This document shows positions 16,768 to 25,446 of a DNA stretch of 42,664 nt, one piece after another. The DNA is taken from UHGV virus genome UHGV-0036008; one strand, written 5' to 3'. This DNA is from a virus. The notes under the pieces are model-generated. The model was not told where the DNA came from, ran no database searches, and saw nothing but the letters and a program-made list of their open reading frames with translations. Each line of letters starts with the position of its first letter. The stretch's first letter is position 1. The translations under genes were made by a program, and so were the position numbers.

Positions 16768-18447
16768 ATGGCGGAAACAACTAAAGAGCGATTGAACAAA
16801 CAGTTCGCACAACTTGAAAGCGAGCGTCAGTCGTTCGAGCCGCACTGGCGCGAGTTGAGTGATTACATCAACCCGCGTGGTTCCCGCTTTCTGACTTCTG
16901 AGGTCAACCGTAACGATCGACGCAATACACGCATTATTGATTCGACCGGGACTATGGCGGCGCGCACTCTCGCCAGCGGCATGATGTCAGGCATCACAAG
17001 CCCCGCGCGTCCGTGGTTTCGCCTGGCTACGCCAGATCCTGAAATGATGGATTATGGCCCTGTTAAGTTGTGGCTTGAGGCGGTGCAGAACCGCATGAAC
17101 GATATGTTCAATAAGTCGAATCTCTATCAGTCGCTGCCGCAGTTATACGGAAGCCTCGGCACATACAGCACTGGTGCAATGGCAGTGCTGGAGGATGACG
17201 AGGACATCATTCGCACAATGCCATTCCCGATAGGCAGTTACTACCTGGCTAACTCACCTCGTGGCAGTGTGGACACCTGTTTTCGCAAGTTCTCTATGAC
17301 TGTTCGTCAGCTTGTTCAGGAGTTCGGGCTAAATAACGTCAGCGAATCCGTAAAAAGCATGTGGGAAAGCGGAACCTACGAGAAGTGGATTGAAGTGATG
17401 CATTCGGTTTACCCGAACATTGACCGCGATACATCGAAGCTGGATAGCAAGAACAAGCCATTCAAATCGGTTTATTACGAGGTTGGTGGCGATAACGACA
17501 AGTTGTTGCGTGAGTCCGGATTCGATGAGTTTCCAATTATGGCTCCGCGCTGGGAAGTTAACGGCGAAGATGTTTATGGATCATCATGCCCGGGTATGCT
17601 GGCGCTTGGACCTGTTAAGGCATTGCAGCTTCTCCAGAAGCGCAAGTCGCAGTTGATTGATAAAGCCACCAATCCGCCGATGGTTGCTCCGACTTCCCTC
17701 AAGAATCAGCGTGCCTCCCTTCTTCCTGGCGACATCACGTATATCGATCAGATTACTGGTCAGGATGGTTTCAGGCCTGCTTATCTGGTTAACCCCAGTA
17801 CAGCAGATTTGGTGGCAGACATTCAGGACACCCGTCAAATCATTAACAGCGCCTACTTTGTCGATCTGTTCATGATGTTGCAGAACATCAATACCCGCTC
17901 GATGCCTGTTGAAGCGGTGATCGAAATGAAAGAAGAAAAACTTCTGATGTTGGGGCCGGTTCTGGAGCGTCTGAACGACGAATGTCTTAATCCTCTCATT
18001 GACCGCGCTTTCTCGATGATGGTGCGTAAAAACATGCTGCCGCCACCGCCTGACGCGATGGAAGGTATGCCCCTGAAGGTCGAATACATTTCCGTCATGG
18101 CTCAGGCGCAGAAGTCTATCGGCCTGTCCAGTCTGGCGTCCACGGTTAACTTCATTGGTCAACTTGCGCAAGCGAAACCAGAAGCTCTCGACAAACTCAA
18201 CGTTGATCAGGCGATCGATGCATTCGCTGATATGTCCGGAGTGTCTCCAACCGTCATTGTTCCGCAGGAACAGGTTGAGCAGGCTCGCCAGCAACGGGCA
18301 CAGCAACAACAGCAGCAACAAATGATGGCGATGGGGATGGCGGCGGCACAGGGTGCCAAGACGCTAAGCGAAGCTAAAACTTCGGATCCGAGTGTTTTGT
18401 CAGCTATGGCGAATGCAGTTAGTGGTCAGGGTGGGCAATCACAATGA
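16768..18447 (+). CDS. Portal (head-to-tail connector), T7 gp8-like
   Basis: 559 aa; Gln/Met/Ala-rich C-terminus (QQQQQQQMMAMGMAAAQGA) and overall pattern resemble T7-type portals; follows terL. Confidence 0.75.
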   Translation: MAETTKERLNKQFAQLESERQSFEPHWRELSDYINPRGSRFLTSEVNRNDRRNTRIIDSTGTMAARTLASGMMSGITSPARPWFRLATPDPEMMDYGPVKLWLEAVQNRMNDMFNKSNLYQSLPQLYGSLGTYSTGAMAVLEDDEDIIRTMPFPIGSYYLANSPRGSVDTCFRKFSMTVRQLVQEFGLNNVSESVKSMWESGTYEKWIEVMHSVYPNIDRDTSKLDSKNKPFKSVYYEVGGDNDKLLRESGFDEFPIMAPRWEVNGEDVYGSSCPGMLALGPVKALQLLQKRKSQLIDKATNPPMVAPTSLKNQRASLLPGDITYIDQITGQDGFRPAYLVNPSTADLVADIQDTRQIINSAYFVDLFMMLQNINTRSMPVEAVIEMKEEKLLMLGPVLERLNDECLNPLIDRAFSMMVRKNMLPPPPDAMEGMPLKVEYISVMAQAQKSIGLSSLASTVNFIGQLAQAKPEALDKLNVDQAIDAFADMSGVSPTVIVPQEQVEQARQQRAQQQQQQQMMAMGMAAAQGAKTLSEAKTSDPSVLSAMANAVSGQGGQSQ

Positions 18448-18740
18448 CAGATTACGAAGACGATCAACTGAAAGAAGAAAACGCCCGTAAGCAACGTGAC
18501 ATGGCACAGCGTGAAATTGATGACATTTGCTTTGTCATGAGCAGTGAACAGGGGCGTCGCGTTGTCTGGTCGGTGCTGGAGAAAGGCCGTGTGTTTTCCG
18601 CTATCTCACCGATGGACGCTATGGCAATGGCATTTAATGAGGGGCAACGCAATCTGGCGCTGGAACTGTTTCAGCGCGTTATGGCGCATTGCCCTGAACA
18701 GTATTTGAAGATGGCCAAAGAGGCCAGTGAACAGGAGTGA
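18444..18740 (+). CDS. Hypothetical head-assembly protein
   Basis: 98 aa; ATGA overlap with portal stop; position between portal and scaffold. Confidence 0.45.
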   Translation: MTDYEDDQLKEENARKQRDMAQREIDDICFVMSSEQGRRVVWSVLEKGRVFSAISPMDAMAMAFNEGQRNLALELFQRVMAHCPEQYLKMAKEASEQE

Positions 18741-19438
18741 TCATGAATTTATTTGAGCGTTTGCTGTATCGCCGTCTTTGCAATGAGCAACCAGTCGATG
18801 GTGGAGCAGCTCCGGCTGCGTCAGAACCGTCAGCGCCTGCAGGTGATAACCCTGCTCCAGTTGGTGATCCATCACAACAGGAAGGTGATAAGCCACAACC
18901 TGTTGCTGATGGCGATAAACCTGCTGATAACAAAAAGCCTGAAAACGATAAGCAGGGTGAAAAAAAGGACGGCGATAAACCAGAGGGTGCGCCTGAAAAG
19001 TACGAGTTTCAGGCTGCCGAAGGCGTAGAGCTGGATACAGAAGCGTTGAAGGAATTCGAGCCGGTGGCGCGAGAACTAAACCTGACCAACGAGCAAGCGC
19101 AAAAGCTGGTTGATGCTTATCCGAAGATTCTGGCAGGTGTTCAGCAGCGCCAGGCAGAAGCATGGCAGAAAACAACCGAGCAGTGGGCTGCGGATGTAAA
19201 AGCCGACAAAGAAATCGGTGGCGACAAGTTGATTTCTAACCTTAGCGCCGCACAGCGTGCGCTTGACCAGTTCGGGACACCTGAACTCAAAGAATATCTG
19301 AACACCACCGGGCTGGGTAATCACCCTGATCTGGTCAAAACGTTCGTGAAAATCGGAAAGGCGATGTCTGAAGATGGCATGGTCACCGGTGGTAATGAAG
19401 GCCAGCGTAGTGCGGCCGAAGTGCTCTATGGCAAATAA
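18737..19438 (+). CDS. Scaffolding protein (putative)
   Basis: 233 aa, acidic low-complexity N-terminal half rich in P/A/D/K/E, located immediately upstream of major capsid gene. Confidence 0.5.
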   Translation: MIMNLFERLLYRRLCNEQPVDGGAAPAASEPSAPAGDNPAPVGDPSQQEGDKPQPVADGDKPADNKKPENDKQGEKKDGDKPEGAPEKYEFQAAEGVELDTEALKEFEPVARELNLTNEQAQKLVDAYPKILAGVQQRQAEAWQKTTEQWAADVKADKEIGGDKLISNLSAAQRALDQFGTPELKEYLNTTGLGNHPDLVKTFVKIGKAMSEDGMVTGGNEGQRSAAEVLYGK

Positions 19439-19446
19439 GAGAGGAA

Positions 19447-20439
19447 ATGACAATGGCTGTTAAAGGCTTAACTGCGCTAACGCTGGCTGACTGGGGTAAG
19501 CGCGTCGATCCAAACGGGAAAGTCGATAAGATTATCGAGCTTCTCGGTCAAACTAACCCGATCCTTCAGGATATGCCTTTTGTCGAAGGGAACCTTCCTA
19601 CCGGACACCGAACCACCATTCGTTCTGGTTTACCTTCAGCTACCTGGCGTTTGCTGAACTATGGCGTACAGCCAAGCAAATCAACCACAGTGCAGGTAAC
19701 CGATTCCGTTGGCATGCTGGAAACCTATGCGGAAGTCGATAAGTCACTGGCTGATCTGAACGGCAATACCGCCGAATTCCGCCTTTCTGAAGACCGCGCA
19801 TTTATTGAAGCGATGAATCAGCAGATGGCGCAGACGCTGTTTTATGGTGATTCCAGCGTTAACCCTCAGCAGTTTATGGGACTGTCCTCCCGCTATTCCA
19901 GCCTGTCTGCGGGTAATGCTCAGAACATCATTGATGCTGGTGGCACGGGTACAGATAACACCTCAATCTGGTTAGTGGTGTGGGGCGAAAACACCGTGCA
20001 TGGCATCTTCCCGAAAGGGCAGAAGGCTGGCATCCAGATGGAAGATAAAGGCCAGGTGACACTGGAAGATGCTAATGGCGGCAAGTACGAAGGCTATCGC
20101 ACCCATTACAAATGGGATAACGGACTTGCTCTGCGTGACTGGCGTTATGTTGTTCGCATTGCAAACATCGATGTCAGCAATATTTCAGAACCATCCTCTG
20201 CCGCAAATATTGCGAAGTTGATGGTTAAAGCACTACATCGCATTCCAAACCGTGGCATGGGCCGCCCGGTGTTCTACATGAACCGCACTGTAGGCCAGGC
20301 TCTTGATCTGCAGTCTCTGGAGAAAACATCTCTGGCTATCAGCGTAAAAGAGACAGAAGGCGAGTGGTGGACTTCATTCCGTGGTGTACCAATCCGTGAA
20401 ACTGATGCGCTTCTGGAAACAGAAGCCCGCGTGGTGTAA
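19447..20439 (+). CDS. Major capsid protein
   Basis: 330 aa; position after scaffold; followed by a strong stem-loop (about 20454..20475), as common after major capsid genes. Confidence 0.7.
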   Translation: MTMAVKGLTALTLADWGKRVDPNGKVDKIIELLGQTNPILQDMPFVEGNLPTGHRTTIRSGLPSATWRLLNYGVQPSKSTTVQVTDSVGMLETYAEVDKSLADLNGNTAEFRLSEDRAFIEAMNQQMAQTLFYGDSSVNPQQFMGLSSRYSSLSAGNAQNIIDAGGTGTDNTSIWLVVWGENTVHGIFPKGQKAGIQMEDKGQVTLEDANGGKYEGYRTHYKWDNGLALRDWRYVVRIANIDVSNISEPSSAANIAKLMVKALHRIPNRGMGRPVFYMNRTVGQALDLQSLEKTSLAISVKETEGEWWTSFRGVPIRETDALLETEARVV

Positions 20440-20490
20440 CGCCTGTTATTAACCTGTGGGTCGTAACAGACCCACTAATGGAGAAAGAAG

Positions 20491-20928
20491 ATGATCACCG
20501 ACAAACTGTTGATGTTCTCCGAAGCTCAGGCGGTTACGAATACCGCGGCTTCTACTGACGTAATCGATCTCGGTCCAATTGACGGAAAACGTCGTGATAT
20601 CGGCGTGGGTTACCCGCTTGAGTTTTGGGCGCTGGTTAACACAGCCGCCGCGGCAAGCGGTGATGCAACTGTAAACATCCAGTTGCAGACGAGTGAGAAT
20701 AACAGCTCATGGACCACTATTTATGATAGTGGCGCACTGGCAAAGACCGCCCTGACAGCAGGTAAACGAGTTGTTTCTGCAAAGGTGCCTGCCGGTGTTC
20801 AGCGATATCTGCGTGTTAACTACTCCGTCGCAACTGGCCCACTAACGGCTGGCAAATTCACTGCGGGTATCAGTCTGGATGTTGATGCCAATACGCCGTA
20901 CCCGATCCGCTCAAAAGTAACTGGTTAA
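20491..20928 (+). CDS. Putative capsid decoration / stabilisation protein
   Basis: 145 aa, Ala/Thr/Gly-rich, immediately after major capsid gene. Confidence 0.35.
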   Translation: MITDKLLMFSEAQAVTNTAASTDVIDLGPIDGKRRDIGVGYPLEFWALVNTAAAASGDATVNIQLQTSENNSSWTTIYDSGALAKTALTAGKRVVSAKVPAGVQRYLRVNYSVATGPLTAGKFTAGISLDVDANTPYPIRSKVTG

Positions 20929-20938
20929 GGTGATATCG

Positions 20939-21274
20939 ATGTCAGGTGAGAAACCAAGATACCGCGTTCTGCGCCTCTCTCATATCCATAACACTCTGTG
21001 GCCGGAGGGGGCAGAAATCGAATACGAAGGTGAGCCTGGTAGCGCACTGGAACCTGTTAACGATGCAGCCAGACAGGCAAAAGCAAAAGTTGCAGGAAAG
21101 GTGTCAATGGCAGCAACCAGCACCAAAATCATCAACGATGTGTCAGATGATGGTGAACTGGATAAGCTCCGTGAAGAGTACGAATTGCTCTTTAACGAGA
21201 AGCCACACCATAACGCCAAAGCCGAAACGCTACGCGAGAAGATCGCAGATAAGCGTAAAGAACTGGGCGTGTAA
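20939..21274 (+). CDS. Hypothetical virion-associated protein
   Basis: Start at ATG 20939 with AAGGTGA RBS; followed by intrinsic terminator. Confidence 0.4.
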   Translation: MSGEKPRYRVLRLSHIHNTLWPEGAEIEYEGEPGSALEPVNDAARQAKAKVAGKVSMAATSTKIINDVSDDGELDKLREEYELLFNEKPHHNAKAETLREKIADKRKELGV

Positions 21275-21291
21275 GCCTCGCGAATCAGACA

Positions 21292-21313
21292 AGGGGCTTC
21301 GGCCCCTTTATTG
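21292..21313 (+). terminator. Rho-independent terminator inside structural gene cluster
   Basis: AGGGGC-TTCG-GCCCCT hairpin followed by TTATT. Confidence 0.5.
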
Positions 21314-21330
21314 CAGGAGTATAGAAACTT

Positions 21331-21936
21331 ATGGCCTCTGTAGTAGAGATCTGCAATCGTGCGCTGTCCAATATTGGCAACAGCCGCAGTATTAACAGCC
21401 TGACGGAAGCCAGCAAGGAAGCGGGGGAATGTTCGCTGCACTTTGAGGCCTGCCGTGATGCTGTGCTTTCTGATTTTGACTGGAACTTTGCTACCAAACG
21501 CGTGGCGCTTGCAGATACGAGCAATCCACCGCCTGACTGGGAATATGCGTACCAGTACCCGTCCGATTGTCTGCGCATTACTGAAATTATGCTTCCTGGT
21601 GTACGCAATCCAACAGCAGCAATGCGCGTTCAGTACGAAGTTGGTGCAGACACCAACGGAACAGGAAAGTTGATCTACACAGACCAGCCGCAGGCATGGC
21701 TCAAGTATGTATCTCGCGTTTCAGATGTGAACATGTTTGATGCCATTTTTATGGAGGCGTTGGCCTGGCGTCTTGCGGCAGCTATTAACATGGCGCTGAC
21801 TGGGAATGCAGACCTCGGTACGTTTGCCCTCAATATGTACAATCGCGTGATTCTTAGTGCTGGCTCGCATAGCCAGAATGAATCACAGGAACCACTGCCA
21901 CCGGTTGACGAGTTTACCATTGCGAGGTTGTCCTGA
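21331..21936 (+). CDS. Tail adaptor / tubular protein A (T7 gp11-like)
   Basis: 201 aa; size, position and N-terminal pattern (EICNRALSNIG) like podovirus gp11. Confidence 0.5.
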   Translation: MASVVEICNRALSNIGNSRSINSLTEASKEAGECSLHFEACRDAVLSDFDWNFATKRVALADTSNPPPDWEYAYQYPSDCLRITEIMLPGVRNPTAAMRVQYEVGADTNGTGKLIYTDQPQAWLKYVSRVSDVNMFDAIFMEALAWRLAAAINMALTGNADLGTFALNMYNRVILSAGSHSQNESQEPLPPVDEFTIARLS

Positions 21937-24407
21937 TGGCTATCAGTTGGATCCAGCCCAGCTTTGCCGGTGGTGAGATTGGACCGTCGTTGTACGGTCG
22001 TATTGACATGGCGAAGTACCAGGTGGCATTGCGCAAGTGCGATAACTTTATCGTGCGGCAGTATGGCGGAGTTGAGAATCGACCTGGTACGCGTTTTGTC
22101 GGTGCCGCCAAATACCCAAATCGGAAATGCCGCCTGATCCCGTTCCAGTTCTCGACGGTTCAGACTTATGCTCTGGAGTTCGGACACCAGTACATGCGCG
22201 TTATCAAAGATGGTGCGTTGGTGCTGAACAGCAGCAATGTTATTTATGAAATTTCCACGCCATATACTGAAGCCGATCTGTTCCGAATTAAATTCACGCA
22301 AAGCGCCGACGTGCTTACGCTTGTTCATCCGGCATACCCGCCGAAAGAGTTGCGTCGCTATGCGCATGACAACTGGCAACTGGTTGATGTGGTAACGAAG
22401 AACGGACCATTTGAAGATATCAATATTGACGAGTCAGTGACGGTTTATGCCAGCGCCAGCACCGGGACAATTACGTTAACGGCAAGCGCCTCTATTTTTG
22501 GCGCGGAGCAGGTAGGCAAATTGTTCTATCTGGAACAGCCTGCAGTGGATTCTGTGCCGGTATGGGAAACCAGTAAGAGTACGTCAATTGGCGATATTCG
22601 CCGTGCAGACAGTAACTACTATCGCGCCGTTACAGTAGGCAAAACAGGCACTTTGCGCCCTTCGCATACAGAAGGCACATCATGGGATGGCTGGGGCGGA
22701 TCCGGTGATGATGATACCGGCATTGAGTGGGAGTATCTGCACAGTGGTTTTGGCATTGCCCGTATCTCTGCTGCAAATGGAACTACTGCAACTGCCGAGG
22801 TGATTTCCTATATCCCTTCGCAGGTAGTTGGCGAGGATAATGCCAGCTATAAATGGGCTAAATATGCCTGGAACAGTGTTAATGGTTATCCTGGCACTGT
22901 TGTTTATTATCAACAACGTCTTTACTTCGCCGCATCGACTGCGTTTCCTCAGACTATCTGGGCCAGCCGTACCGGGGATTATAAGGATTTTGGCAAAAGC
23001 AATCCTACGCAGGATGACGACAGAATTATCTACACCTATGCCGGGCGTCAGGTTAATGAGATCCGCCACCTGATTGATGTCGGTTCGCTGGTGGCGCTGA
23101 CTTCCGGAGGTGAGTACGTCATCACCGGCGACCAGAACAAAGTGCTTACCCCATCATCATTCGCATTCAGCTCTCAGGGATCAAATGGCTCAAGCAACGT
23201 CCCGCCAATTGCCGTGGCGAATATTGCTCTGTTCGTCCAGGAGAAAGGCAGCGTTGTCCGTGATCTGGCCTACTCATTTGATGTTGACGGCTATCAGGGG
23301 AACGACCTGACCATCCTTGCCAATCATCTTTTTCAGAAGCACAGCATTGTTGACTGGTGCTTCTCGATTGTCCCTTACTCCAGTGCCTTTTGCATTCGTG
23401 ATGACGGTAAATTACTGGTGATGACCTATTTGCGTGATCAGCAGGTTTTTGCATGGGCACCACAATCCAGTACCGGAAAATATGAAAGCACATGCAGTAT
23501 CAGCGAAGGCAATGAAGATGCGGTGTATTTCGTCGTTAACCGAACCGTTAACGGGCAAACAGTGAGATACATCGAGCGACTGTCCAGCCGTTTATTTACC
23601 AGCGATGAAGATGCTTTCTTTGTTGATTCTGGCCTTAGCTATGATGGAAGAAATACGTCTGACAGAACGATGATCATCACTGGTGGTTCTGGCGAATGGG
23701 ATTACCGCGCGGAATATACAATCAGTGTTTCTGGTGGTGCGTACTTCACCAGTAGTGATGTCGGCGCGCAACTACAGTTCCCTTATACCGGAACTGATCC
23801 TGATACTGGCGATGAGGTGTCAAAAGAATTACGTTGCGACATTATTTCTGTAACCAGCAACACCGCTGTAGTGGTTCGTGCTAACAGGAACGTCCCGCCA
23901 TCCCTCAGGAATGTGGCCACCACGAACTGGCAGATGGCGCGCCGGACATTTGGAGGCCTGTCTCATCTTGAAGGCCAGACCGTAAACATTCTCTCTGATG
24001 CGAACGTGGAACCACAGAAAGTGGTTTCCGGAGGTGCCGTCACGCTGGAATCACCGGGGGCTGTAGTGCACATCGGCCTGCCAATAACTGCTGAATTCGA
24101 AACACTGGATATCAACATTAACGGACAGGAAACGCTGCTGGACAAAAAACAGGTGATCCCCTCCGTTACTCTGGTTGTGAATGCCAGTCGCGGCATCTGG
24201 GCGACTACGCCCGGCGGTAAATGGTACGAATATCCACAGCGTGAATTCGAGTTCTACGATGATCCTGTTGATGATGCTACCGGAAAAGTAGAAGTGAAAC
24301 TGGACAGTAACTGGGGCAAAAACGGACGTGTAAAAATCCGTCAGCTTGATCCGTTGCCGCTGTCTGTTCTTGCCGTTATTCCTCGCCTTACTGTTGGGGG
24401 ATTCTGA
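21936..24407 (+). CDS. Tail tubular protein B / nozzle (T7 gp12-like)
   Basis: 823 aa, directly follows gp11-like gene with ATGA-type overlap. Confidence 0.5.
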   Translation: MAISWIQPSFAGGEIGPSLYGRIDMAKYQVALRKCDNFIVRQYGGVENRPGTRFVGAAKYPNRKCRLIPFQFSTVQTYALEFGHQYMRVIKDGALVLNSSNVIYEISTPYTEADLFRIKFTQSADVLTLVHPAYPPKELRRYAHDNWQLVDVVTKNGPFEDINIDESVTVYASASTGTITLTASASIFGAEQVGKLFYLEQPAVDSVPVWETSKSTSIGDIRRADSNYYRAVTVGKTGTLRPSHTEGTSWDGWGGSGDDDTGIEWEYLHSGFGIARISAANGTTATAEVISYIPSQVVGEDNASYKWAKYAWNSVNGYPGTVVYYQQRLYFAASTAFPQTIWASRTGDYKDFGKSNPTQDDDRIIYTYAGRQVNEIRHLIDVGSLVALTSGGEYVITGDQNKVLTPSSFAFSSQGSNGSSNVPPIAVANIALFVQEKGSVVRDLAYSFDVDGYQGNDLTILANHLFQKHSIVDWCFSIVPYSSAFCIRDDGKLLVMTYLRDQQVFAWAPQSSTGKYESTCSISEGNEDAVYFVVNRTVNGQTVRYIERLSSRLFTSDEDAFFVDSGLSYDGRNTSDRTMIITGGSGEWDYRAEYTISVSGGAYFTSSDVGAQLQFPYTGTDPDTGDEVSKELRCDIISVTSNTAVVVRANRNVPPSLRNVATTNWQMARRTFGGLSHLEGQTVNILSDANVEPQKVVSGGAVTLESPGAVVHIGLPITAEFETLDININGQETLLDKKQVIPSVTLVVNASRGIWATTPGGKWYEYPQREFEFYDDPVDDATGKVEVKLDSNWGKNGRVKIRQLDPLPLSVLAVIPRLTVGGF

Positions 24408-24871
24408 TGATCGATGTTCAAATTATTCCCGCAACCGAAGAGCATCTTCAGATGATTTTGCCGGATGTTCGTCAGGCTGATATTGACGAACTGTATGCGG
24501 TATCACTGATGACTACCGAAGATGCGCTGCGTGTTGGTCTTCGCACTGCGACTATGGCCTGGTCAGGATTTGCGAACGGAGAACTGGTAACCATGTTTGG
24601 CGTATCTCCGGCGTCAATGATCGGTGGCAATGGTACGCCCTGGCTGGTAGGAACCAGCCGTATTGAAAAATATCAGAAGACATTTCTTCGCCACTGCCGC
24701 CCTGTATTGCAGCAGATGCTGGCAGTTTATCCGCGCCTGGAAAACTACGTCGACGAGCGAAACCATGTTGCCAAAGCATGGCTGCACTGGCTTGGATTCA
24801 GGCTTGAAGAAGCCGCGCCTTATGGTGCTCTTGGTCTTAATTTCCACAGATTTCACATGGAGAGAAAATAA
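24407..24871 (+). CDS. Hypothetical virion protein
   Basis: 154 aa in structural operon, translationally coupled. Confidence 0.4.
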   Translation: MIDVQIIPATEEHLQMILPDVRQADIDELYAVSLMTTEDALRVGLRTATMAWSGFANGELVTMFGVSPASMIGGNGTPWLVGTSRIEKYQKTFLRHCRPVLQQMLAVYPRLENYVDERNHVAKAWLHWLGFRLEEAAPYGALGLNFHRFHMERK

Positions 24872-25446
24872 TGTGCGATCCGGTTATTGCTGGTGGCGCA
24901 ATGCTCGCCATGAGTGGCATTCAGGCATACACCCAGTACCAACAGGGAAAGTATGCCTCGAAGGTTGCAGAAGCGAACGCAGATATAGCCACAGCTCAGG
25001 CAAATGATGCAATAAACAGAGGTAACGCTGAAGCTGAGCAACGGCGCAGAGAGACCCGACAGCGGCTTGGTACACAGGCGGCGACAATGGGGGCTACCGG
25101 CGCTGATTTATCTACAGGTAACGCGCTGGATATATTTGGCGACACTGCCCAGTTTGGCGCTCTTGATTCGCTGACGACGGTGAATAACGCGCAACGCGAG
25201 GCTTACGGTTATCAGGTTCAGGCTGCCAACTATAAAGCAGAAGCCAGTTCAGCCCGTAAACAGGGGAATGTGGGAGCAGCAACAACATTGCTCACTGCGC
25301 CTCTGAAGGCATACGGTGCGTACCAGATGTTTGGTGGGACGTGGAGTCCGTTCTCTAAAGGAAGTACATCTAGTGGTGGGACGCCAATGTTATCTAACTC
25401 AGGTTTTATGAATTCTGACTCCCGATTCAAAATAGGAGGTTACTGA
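24871..25446 (+). CDS. Internal virion / ejection protein (gp14-like)
   Basis: 191 aa, Ala/Gly/Gln-rich, position before the two large internal proteins. Confidence 0.4.
   Translation: MCDPVIAGGAMLAMSGIQAYTQYQQGKYASKVAEANADIATAQANDAINRGNAEAEQRRRETRQRLGTQAATMGATGADLSTGNALDIFGDTAQFGALDSLTTVNNAQREAYGYQVQAANYKAEASSARKQGNVGAATTLLTAPLKAYGAYQMFGGTWSPFSKGSTSSGGTPMLSNSGFMNSDSRFKIGGY

Noticed and set aside
17584-18321. 245-aa minus-strand ORF (also 14089..14595, 10357..10980, 21675..22379, 39868..40524, 40712..40990)
   Set aside because: Shadow ORFs antisense to well-supported portal, terminase, nin, tail-tube and lysis genes; no RBS, and low-complexity His/Arg/Cys-rich translations.
18290-18330. CAA/CAG trinucleotide repeat near the portal 3' end
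   Set aside because: It encodes the poly-Gln tract of the portal C-terminus; in-frame low-complexity coding, not a regulatory repeat.
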